Below are positions 54,109-64,000 of a DNA stretch of 64,000 bases, piece after piece. Origin of the DNA: Octopus sinensis (taxonomy: Eukaryota); NCBI RefSeq assembly GCF_006345805.1, contig NC_043002.1:35588001-35652000 (forward strand), written 5' to 3'. Under the pieces are notes generated by a model. That model was not told where the DNA came from. It did not search any database and worked only from the letters and a program-made list of their open reading frames with translations. Position numbers and translations under genes: made by a program. Positions within the stretch are counted from its first letter, which is position 1. Each line of letters opens with the position of its first letter.

Positions 54109-54113
<5 letters not shown>
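53911..54113 (+). mobile_element. Palindromic HHR-bearing repeat, copy C (centre deleted)
   Basis: Same 5' extension as copy A. The arms meet directly at about 54045. Confidence 0.7.
54045..54082 (+). ncRNA. Type-I minimal hammerhead motif (copy C)
   Basis: UUGU-CUGAUGA-ACA-GGUA-UGU-GAAA-CUC-U-GAGU-A-ACAG. Intact core and a 4-bp stem I. Confidence 0.65.
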
Positions 54114-54147
<34 letters not shown>

Positions 54148-54724
54148 GTATATATATGCATATATATCATCATCATCATCATCATTTAACGTCTGTTTTC
54201 CATGCTAGCATGGGTTGGATAGTTTTGAATGAGGGCTGACAACCAGACGGCTGCACCAGGCTCCAGTCTTGATCTGGCAGAGTTTCTACAGCTGGATGCC
54301 CTTCCTAACGCCAACCACTCCGAGAGTGTAGTGGGTGCTTTTTACGTGCCACCTGCACGGGGGCCAGTCAGGTGGTACTGGCAATGACCTCGCTCGAATC
54401 TTTTTACACGTGCCCACCGGCACAGGTGCCAGTGAAGCGACGTTGGTAACAATCACGCTCGAATGGTGCCTTTTTACGTGCCACAGGTACGGAAGTCAGT
54501 TGGCTGCTCTGGCAACGATCATGCTTGGATGGTGTTCTTGGCACCCTACTAGCACAGGCATAAGTGCCAGTAAGGCGACGCTGGTAACGAAAATACTCGA
54601 AAAGCCGCTCTGTCAACGATCACACTCGTATGGTGCTCTTTGCACCCTGCTAGCACGGATGCCAGTCATTGAAGTGAATTTGATTTTGATTTGATTTGAT
54701 TTATATATATATATAGACACATTA

Positions 54725-55980
54725 CTAGCAGAAATACCCAGCATTACCCGGTTTAAAGAAAATAATGAAATTTTAAAATGCCATGTAGATTACGCAGGTC
54801 TCAACTGCTAGTAGCTGAGATACCAACTTTCTATGTAACTCTGCAACCCATGCCAACATGGAACATAGACATTAAGTGAAATGTGAAAAGAAAGTTTTCA
54901 ACTCATATATGTATATAAAGTAAATACACGTTTGTCTAACTTATTTTGTAACCAAAACACAGGTACAGATTATAAACAATGAGAGGCTGTCCATAGAGCA
55001 CACACACACACACACACACACACACAGCGAATATATCACGTTACTATTGCACTTTTATACACACAGATATACATTCATGCATGCCAGTCGAAAAGTAAAA
55101 GTGTAATAGTAATACTTTAACACTCAATGGTTTTACACTTGTGTATATGACATGGACTTACTATTAATGTAAGTGCTTCTTCATATACTGTGTTTTCTGT
55201 CTTGCCATGTTTATCACTGAGAATGTAGAGATTCATTTCATCTCCAACTCTAGAACATCCAACATACAGCTGAGCATGTGAGAAGCAAGATTGAAGGAGG
55301 TTAAGTCCCACCACCTTTACAGACTGACCTTGTGCTTTGTTGGTAGACATTGCAAAGCTAAGTTTGACAGGAAACTGAAGTCTCTTGAACTGAAAGGGGA
55401 GATGATTTGAGATGAGAGGTATCCTTGGAATGAAGACTGTCTCACTGTATCATATTGCCATGATGGGGAAGAGGTTTCTCAGCTGTATAGGAGACTTGCA
55501 TATTTGTGCCTCTGTCAGAGTGGCATCCCAGTGTGCATCATCTTCCAGAAGACCTTTGAGATGGCAAGCCTGGCAATATGCTTGTCATACTGTGTTATCA
55601 ACCATACGTAAGGCTCCCTTACGTATGATGTGGCTCCCTTGACATGGTGTAATAGAGGCCTTAGATAGTAGTACTCTTAGTAGTTGGGATGAACAACATA
55701 GACTCTGCCAAATGTGTCTGATTTCTTGATTCCTGGATGATGTGTGAGTGCTCCAAGTGCACATCTTTTCCATTTGTTTTGGTACCAGGTATAGAATTGT
55801 GGAACTTCATTGTATAGCAGTCTTGTAGCAAATTCATCATCTTGACAAAGCTTGAAGAATGCTATGAGTCTGGTATTTTTGTGAGCTTCCATTTGTAGCT
55901 GGACAGTGTCTGTCAGTGCGTTGTCTCTAAGATGGAGGACAATGTCACACTTGTCATGTTCTTGCCCAACCAGAAGCACA
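54725..55980 (-). mobile_element. Helitron remnant with internally deleted RepHel and intact 3' terminus
   Basis: AFFKLCQDDEFATRLLYNEVP, GRVYVVHPN, VFIPRIPLI, QFPVKLSFAMSTNKAQGQS and FSHAQLYVGCSRV. The 3' hairpin plus CTAG is at 54725. Confidence 0.9.
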
Positions 55981-55984
55981 GCTA

Positions 55985-56241
55985 TTTAATTTGCTGTTAG
56001 CTCATTAAACCTCCAACAGCAAAATTTTAAGTAATTTTGAATTATTTTTGTGATTTTACGTGCATACATAAGAGAAAGTGAGGGAGAGTCCAAGAGAAAG
56101 GAAGAGTAAGAGTGTGGAAAAGTGAGAGAGAAAGGAGTGAGAAACAAAGAGGGAGAATGTGGCGATAAGAAACAGAAAGGAAGCAACAGAAAGTAACAAC
56201 CACACCCTCACCCACGCATAGAGTGGGTCACCTTAAGCTAG
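55985..56241 (+). mobile_element. 3' end of a different Helitron family
   Basis: Hairpin ACCCAC-GCATAGA-GTGGGT (56210-56228), 9 nt, then CTAG|T (56238-56242). Confidence 0.5.
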
Positions 56242-56939
56242 TATATATATATATATATATGTACTACTTATATATATATATGTAACTTGAGTATACCCAC
56301 CCAACCCCATTATGTCATTACCTGTCTTCTCTCCTTGCTTTTCCTCCTCTTTCTTCTCTCTCCTTCCTTCCTCTCCTTTATCTCTCTGCTATTAAAGTAG
56401 CTATGCTTCTCTTCTACTGCAAGACACCTATTTCTGTCCCTCTACACATACCCTAACCTCCCATCAATTGGCACAGAGCCACCTTCCTCAATAACACCCC
56501 TCTGTTGGTTGAGGAGTCTTGTCTTGTAAGCTATTTGTTGACATCACTGTTGCTGATGCCAAGTAAAGAGCACCCAGTACACTCTGTATACTGGTTGGCA
56601 TTAGGATGGATATGCAGTTGTAAAAACTGTGCCAAAGTAGACAACTCTTGTCAAACTGACCAACTCATGCCAGCCTGGAAAATGGACGTTAAATGATGAT
56701 GTGGTAAGTAGCTTGTTTACCAACCACATGGTTCCGGGTTCAGTCCCACTGCGTGGCACCTTGGGCAAGTGTCTTTTACTATAGCCTCGGGCCGACCAAA
56801 GCCTCGTGAGTGGATTTGGTAGACGGAAACTGAAAAGAAGCCCGTTGTATATACGTATATATATGCCCTCTCTTAGTGGTAATTCTGTTGTGTTACCTCT
56901 CTATCTCTCTCTGATATTTTTGTTGTTTGTTTTGTTTCT

Positions 56940-58050
56940 CCTAACACACAGTAACACACTAACACATCTTCCCTCACCAGCGGTGCACTTACCCCTCCAG
57001 TATAGACCTGCCTCTCTAGTTGGCAAGTTGCAGGCCCTTTTACTTTCTCTGGTAGATTTTTCTATTCCCATTACCACCTTGCACTCTCTTAGAGCATTGC
57101 TGATCACCTTGATGTGCTTGCTGTCTAACAGTATTATGGTGAGGTCATCTGTGTGTGCAAGTACAGATCTTCAGCATCCTCGTTCATGTGGGATACACCT
57201 CATTGTATCTAATTACCACAACAGTAGCAAAAGAATCAGTGCACAGAGGGGAGATGATGTGGCACACTTTAGAAGGATTGTGTGCCAGAATACTGAATGG
57301 CTGTAAGAAGTGGCCATTCACCCTCACCACTAAGCAAATGTTGCTATACACAGTAGCAATCCAGACCCTGAAGAATTCACTGAAACCAGCTGTTGTGAGG
57401 GCTACTGCCAAATATCGATGGGCGAGACTTTTGAATCCTTCCTATTGACCTGTAGAGGTCTCTCTTGTTTTTGTTCTTTCTGAGTACAGGTCTTCTGCAT
57501 CCTAGTTTGTGTAGGATGCACCTCAATGACTCTAGTTTCCATAGTGGTGGCTAAAGAGTCAATGTATACAGAAGGGAGGGTACATCTGTCAGGCTCATTA
57601 CCCTGCTCTCTATGATGTACTGTATGACGTGGCAGTTGTAATTTGTTCAGGATACTTCATGTTTGCACACCACCAGTCCTATTATTGAGGACAGTGTCAA
57701 ACTCTTTGCTAATATCTTGGCCAAAAATCTTGAAATCTACTTTGAGTAAAAGTTATGTGCTGAAAATTATCGATGTGTTCCCTCTCTTGTTTCAGTTTTT
57801 TCTCAGCAACAATACTGCTCCTAAGCTCACACAGTGTTGGGTCTCTCCCATTCTATTTTATTGTTTTTTGTATGCACCTGCCAAAAGATTATCTAACAAC
57901 TGTGACATAAGATGTATACAAGCCTGTTGAGCAACCTATCTAAAGTAGATGATTTTCCCTAAATGTTGGCCACTTTTCACGACACTATTCCCCGATTGCC
58001 AAGAGTCATGACTCACTGATGAGATAGTCATTGTAGTCCATTGTGCAATT
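56940..58050 (-). mobile_element. Tx1/L1-clade LINE RT fragment, heavily decayed
   Basis: Frameshifted ITLLKVDFKILAKILAKSL, GFSEFFRVWIATVYS...VRVNGHF and HTDD (from YADD). Confidence 0.7.
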
Positions 58051-58597
58051 AGAGATACCACTTATACCGAACAGTGAAGTACCATAGAACAACTGCTTTT
58101 TTAAAAATAACAAATTGGCAAAATGTAAGTGTTTGTATCATCTTTCCGACAAATTTTCTAAATTTGTCCAATATTGTGATGCTAGATTCTAAGTTGAATC
58201 TGTTAAGTTAAACAAAGTAGGATGTATATTTAATCTGTAAGCATATATAAGCAGACCTCCGCATAAGCTATTGTATAGTTTTCTGATAGTTCTTTACGGA
58301 TGTTTACTTCACATTGTAATTATATTTGTGTAAGAACTCAACTGCAACAACAGAACAAAAAGAATATCATCTCCAGTATACAACTTTGGATTACAAATGA
58401 TGTTAATGCACTAATCAGTTTACTTACCTACAAGTACATCACTGAAATCTTTGCAACACCAGTCTATATATATATACATATTCAAATAGCCCAGTCACAC
58501 TGAAAGCATATATACAAACAGAAAGCATATATATATATCAACAATCAACATATATACTATATATTTACTAAACAAGAAACTACACACGTATTTCAAT

Positions 58598-59503
58598 ATG
58601 AATGCAACCCATTTGTCTGATCCTGTTTCAATTTCAAGATTAATTGTTTTTAGTATCATACCTTTCTTCCTAATTGTGGGACTCGTTGGTAACATATTTG
58701 TGATATATATTTATGCACGACAGTCCCAGAAAAGCAATGTAGAAACATTCATCCTGATATTAGCTGTCATTGATCTCATTGGATGTATCTTTGGAATGCC
58801 TCTGGAAATGGCTGAACTCTGCCTGGTAATACAGTCAAAATATTTGTGTAAATTATACACTTTTATTACTGTCACCTATTCTATCTTGTCATCCTTCATT
58901 CTTCTCACAATTGCCATTGAAAGGTACAGAAGTATATGTTGTCCACTCAGTAAACAACTGGATCCAAAACTACGCAATACTCTCATTATTTTCTTAATTG
59001 TAACATCTGTTTCATTGGTACTGCTACCTGTTGTCTATATTGAAAGTGTTCCCTTTTCCCATGAGAGTTATAGCTGTGACTTTCAAGGGTCATTCCTCTG
59101 GCCATATATTCTTACAGCATTTATTATTCAGTGTATTCTTGTCCTAAGCATGGCTGTGCTCTATTCATTTGTTCAGAAGAATATTAAACAGCATTTGATG
59201 AAAAAGCAAAGTAAAGAACCTTTTCAACAAGAACAAATCAATCATACAAAGATTATACTTTTCTCCATCTCAGTTTTATACTTTGTTAGTTTCACACCAA
59301 ACCTTCTCTTTCGTGCCTTGTATCCATACTGCAGAGATTCTATCCTGTTACAAATTTTTAAAGTAATTTTATATCGTACTTGGATACTAAGTTCATCCTT
59401 AAATTTCATAGTGTATGGATTCTGTAACAAAATTTTCTGGAAAAGTTTTGTAAATATATTTAGTAGGGATAAAAGTGACTTTGAAATGGATAAGAAATTT
59501 TAG
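58598..59503 (+). CDS. Intronless class A (rhodopsin-like) GPCR, orphan, 301 aa
   Basis: Seven hydrophobic segments. GN (TM1), LAVID (TM2), Cys at the top of TM3 and in ECL2, ERY, SFTP (TM6), NFIVY (TM7), and an N-glycosylation site at N2. The ORF is uninterrupted. Confidence 0.92.
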   Translation: MNATHLSDPVSISRLIVFSIIPFFLIVGLVGNIFVIYIYARQSQKSNVETFILILAVIDLIGCIFGMPLEMAELCLVIQSKYLCKLYTFITVTYSILSSFILLTIAIERYRSICCPLSKQLDPKLRNTLIIFLIVTSVSLVLLPVVYIESVPFSHESYSCDFQGSFLWPYILTAFIIQCILVLSMAVLYSFVQKNIKQHLMKKQSKEPFQQEQINHTKIILFSISVLYFVSFTPNLLFRALYPYCRDSILLQIFKVILYRTWILSSSLNFIVYGFCNKIFWKSFVNIFSRDKSDFEMDKKF

Positions 59504-60879
59504 GATTTGGTTTAGACCACACTTCAGGAGAGAGGAATTCTTTCACATACCAGAAGTATTTTCTTTGCTGACCATTTCCAACAAAATGCATTTAAAAAAT
59601 TTTTTTGTAATATCGAAAATACGAGCTCAAAGCTTGAGGTATTTAATGAAATAACCAACTTTTCCATTTTATTCTGTTCTAATGTTTGGAGAATTATATT
59701 TTCTTTCATAAAATTGGAAAGTTTTGATTTCAACCCATGCCAGCATGGAAAGTGGGTGTTAAATGATGATAATGATGATGATGATGATGAGCCTTTTAAA
59801 ATATGCTGTTTATATCCTTGATCCAGTGTCAGTCTAAGGTAGGTTAGTATCAGAAAGGTCTATTTGAACACTTCAACAGTTTCTCTATTGCATATTTATT
59901 GTAGTTCCTGTTGTTGTTTTATACTTTCTATAGACCCATAACTGTGTATCTGAGTTCTCTTTTAAACTCCAAACTGTTTGGATTCTACAGTTTCTGAATT
60001 ACATATTAAATCTGCATTAAAAAATACTGGAAAAAACCCCCCCAAAAAACCCCCAAAATTGTTGCTCTTGTTGCAGTCATCATCATCATGGTCATCGTCA
60101 TCACCATTTTTGTGTTTGTCTGTTAATATGTTTGATATACTCAATTTATGGAACATATCCTGTTCTTAAATGTGCAGAGATGAATAATTTTATATTTTGG
60201 AGATCGTAGTTAATGGATGTGTTGAATTTTGTTTTCTATATTTTATCTTGTTTAGCTCCACATCATTCTGAATTGACAAGGCCTATTTTTTTTTCCCCTG
60301 CCAAATCCTTTATTTTATCATACCCTTTCAGTGCTAGATAAAATATTGTACTGGTGTGGTTAGCATCAATTTACTTCAACTCCTCAGAACTGTTGGCCTT
60401 GTATCTAAATTAGAAATTATTATTGTTGATGTTAAGGTGGTGAGCTGGCAGAATCATTTACATGCTTAAATTCTGTTGAGGTCTATTTTGTCTTTCATCC
60501 TTTCAAGGTCAAGGAAATAAATGCCAATCAACCACTGTGGTCTTAGTTAATTATCTATACCCCTTGCCCAAAATTTAAGGCATGTGCCTTTAGTAGAAAT
60601 ATTTATTGCTGCTGTTGTTTTTGGCTTGCCTTGTGTGAAAATGTTCTTTCCCTCTCTTTTTTGAGACATGATTCATTCAAACGTTATTAAATTAATTTTT
60701 CTGTAGAGAACTTGCAAAAATGACCTATGATCATGTAAGGGAAGCCTGCCCTTTACACTCAAGAATAGACAAAAACAACAAAAAATACATTTGTTTTAAA
60801 ATCTTTAGAAAATGTTTTAAAGCACATTACACTTTCATGTCAAAAATGATTTCTGTGAGGTTGAACATTGCAGTAGCAA

Positions 60880-60894
60880 CAAATAATAATAATA

Positions 60895-60925
<31 letters not shown>

Positions 60926-60971
60926 CAATAATAATAACAATAATAATAACAATAATAATAATAATAATAAC

Positions 60972-61019
<48 letters not shown>

Positions 61020-61057
61020 CAATAATAATAATAATAAACAATAATAATAATAATAAC

Positions 61058-61093
<36 letters not shown>

Positions 61094-61115
61094 GATAATA
61101 ATAACAATAATAATA
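60880..61115. repeat. (AAT/AAC)n microsatellite
   Basis: Direct inspection. Similar (CA)n, (TA)n, (ATAC)n, (GAT)n and (GATA)n arrays occur throughout, e.g. 26035, 28600, 35750, 41593, 42480, 44515, 45450 and 47220. Confidence 0.95.
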
Positions 61116-61699
61116 ATCCTTTCTACTATAGGCACAAGGCCTGAAATTTGTGGGGAGGAGTAAGTCGATCATATTGACCTCAATGTTCAACTGGTACTTC
61201 ATTTAGAGAGTAACCAAGCTTCACCCTTCAAAAAACTGAACAAAAATTTAACAAGATATAGTTTCTCATCTGTGGTGCTACAGACATTCCAAAGAAGTTA
61301 GAATGATACACAAAGTGATAAGTTCAAAATATGAACAACGTGTAAAATATAGATTCTTAGTAAAATTAAAATAAAGTCACTACAAGCAACTTAGGACATA
61401 ATCCCAAATATATCAAAAATGCTTACTGGTTGATTTAGTTTCACACTGAGACAACTCAAGGAATATTTAAACCAACAGTATCATGGCTTGCCCTTGCTCA
61501 ATCTTTTGTTAAAAGAAGTAATCTTTTTTGTTAATTTCTTTTCAATTATATCTTTTTAAAATTAATGTTTTGTCATAATTTTCCATGCAAATATACACAC
61601 ACACATGCATGTATGAGTGAATGCAAATGCTTTTAAAATTTTAATACATTCTTCCATATTTGATATTTTTTTCCCCAAAATTTAAAGGTAAAAATCCTT

Positions 61700-62152
61700 A
61701 GTGCATACTATATACAACGTTAAAAATGAAAGATATTTTCTGAGCAATGTCCGAGTCTCTATTTGCTGTCCGGCAATGTTTATTCGGACGCATTTTGTGA
61801 TGTTGGACGCGAAAATACCTTAAGCTAAGCCTGAAAGCAATGAAGTCATAAAAGAATCGTCCATAACTTGCAGTAAGCAATATTTATTAAATGTTATTAC
61901 TGTTATTTCTTTATTTTCTGCAAACAAAATGCACAAAAATGCTACACATTTGCATTATCTTATATATACAATAATAACAAAGGACGTAACCGTATACATT
62001 TTTACAAATCAAGGACATTATATAGACCTCCTTGACTCAAGTTAGAGAAGGGGTGTGTATTATACACAAGGTTTAAGTTTTTCAGAGGTACAGCCCCCTA
62101 AAAATCCCCTGCGTATTATACTTAGGGGCAGACTATACTCGAGGATTTACGG
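61700..62152. mobile_element. Probable pogo/Tc2-like DNA transposon end
   Basis: Ends ...GACTATACTCGAGGATTTACGG|TA, the reverse complement of TACCGTAAATCCTCGAGTATAG. The partner TIR is not convincingly seen. Confidence 0.4.
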
Positions 62153-62539
62153 TAAACATTATAAAATTAGAGGGGGAGATTGACATGTGGCTTTGGCAAA
62201 TGGGATATTTATTGAGAAAGGGGAAGTTTATAAAGACATTGACTGAGTCACATTTAAATAAAATTAAAACTTAGGAACTTAACTGTGAATTCAAGATGCG
62301 TTGTTACGTGAATGGAAATTGAGCAAGTGAGGATATTAGTGAAGAAAACTATTCCTTAAATATACGATCGAATAGAGTGCTAAGGGCCCTATCTGAACGG
62401 ATGTGTCTCCACATACTTAAACAGATGGGTCGATAAAATAAGTACCAGTCAAGCATTGGGTGGATATAATTGACTTACCCTCTCCCATGAAACTGCTGGC
62501 CTTGTGCCAAAATTTGAGATTATTATTATTGTTGTGATA

Positions 62540-62935
62540 CCTGTGCCGGTAGCACATAAAAAGCACCATCCGAACGTGGCCATTGCCAGCGCCGCCTTGA
62601 CTGGCTTCTGTGCTGGTGGCACATAAAAAGCACCATCCAAATGTGGCTGATGCCAGCGCCGCCTTGACTGGCTTCCGTGCCGGTGGCACGTTAAAAGCAC
62701 CAACCGATCATGGCCGATGCCAGACATCCCTGGCACCTGTGCTGGTGGCACGTAAAAAGCACCCACTACACTCGCGGAGTGGTTGGCGTTAGGAAGGGCA
62801 TCCAGCCATAGAAACACTGCCAGATCAGACTGGAGCCTGGTGCAGCCCCTGGCTTCCTAGACCCCGGTTGAACCGTCCAACCCGTGCTAGCGCGGAAAAC
62901 GGACGTTAAACGATGATGATGATGATGATGATGAT
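62540..62935 (+). mobile_element. RTE-type 3' tail element with four 62-67-bp tandem units
   Basis: GGTRGCAC cores at 62548, 62615, 62682 and 62744, followed by the common tail and (ATG)n. Confidence 0.75.
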
Positions 62936-64000
62936 GATATATATATGCATGTGTGTGTTTGTGTGTCTGTGTTTGTCCCCCTAGCATTGCTTGACAACCA
63001 ATGCTGGTGTGTTTATGTCCCCGTTACTTAGTGGTTCGGCAAAAGAGACCGATAGAATAAGTACTGGGCTTACAAAAGAATAAGTCCCGGGGTCGAGTTG
63101 CTCGATTAAAGGTGGTGCTCCAGCATGGCCGCAGTCAAATGACTGAAACAAGTAAAAGAGATATATATATATATATGTATATATAAACACACATAATATA
63201 TGTTAAGGTTTGATCTTATGTCAGATTATAACATTAAAGTGAAGAATTACTCAATACCTTTTCATGGAGTACATATGTATTAACTTTTACATAGTTGACA
63301 GTGACTTCAAAGATTTGATTTGTTTGCTGTTATCAGATAGTTTGATGACAATAAGCAAGTTTAAACCTTGAAGCCACTGTCAACCTTTTACTTGTGAAAG
63401 TTAATATATATGGTTAGAAACCGATGAATGGGTTATCAGGTACTGCTACAATTGTTTCATTAAGCATATTGTGATGTAAACATGAAACAGATAGGTACGT
63501 AGTATGCACAACATCAATAAGAATATGTGATACATTTTGCAACTCTCAACTCATCAGGCTTAACAAATACTCAAGCAGCAACATGCTGATAAATCAACAG
63601 TTCACCGACAAGTTAAATTTTGAATCAGAATCACAATATCTAAGAAATCTAAAGTAGGTGTAACTAGTCAATCAAGAGGGTGGATAGAGTAAGTTTGTAA
63701 ATTTTAGAATAGTTAATAGGCATATTTAATTTAAAGATTTCATCAAACTTAGTAATATCACTCATAAAAACTGATACTGCCAAAACAGGCTTCAAGCATG
63801 ATATTTGACTCTATCAAAGCATTTGGAAATCAGTTGCCAACGTTGTCCCCAAAAGAACAAAACAAAAGCCATTTACTCTATTACATTGTTTAGTACATCA
63901 AAGGAGTGATATGGTTAATACATGCAAGCAATACTTAAGGGTAAAATGCCTACATTCTATCTGTGGAACTTTCTTATACTTTAAGCTGATTCTATAAAGT

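Overview
AT-rich, repeat-dense animal genomic DNA. The SINE families, RTE tails and microsatellite load point to an octopus; this is an inference from recognised repeat families. Two protein-coding features are identifiable: the terminal coding exon of anamorsin/CIAPIN1 (Dre2) at 17603-17695 (+), and an intronless 301-aa class A GPCR at 58598-59503 (+). The rest is largely transposon debris: a hAT Buster/Charlie transposase pseudogene plus a MITE, two full-length decayed DD34D mariners, two fused DD37D maT pieces, Helitrons, RTE and Tx1/L1 LINE fragments, a Gypsy pol fragment, many tRNA-derived SINEs and long microsatellites. A CpG-rich, promoter-like stretch lies near 8.8-9.3 kb. The main result of the hunt is a set of type-I hammerhead ribozyme (HHR) motifs from at least four unrelated sequence families, most in inverted-repeat elements. 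They have the short palindromic stem III typical of dimer-cleaving Penelope-like/retrozyme HHRs. One copy (27984-28043) has an intact canonical core. One palindromic family (three copies) places an HHR on each strand. Two families appear to share a U4-to-C core variant (CCGAYGA). All structures were folded by eye and none has been tested for activity.
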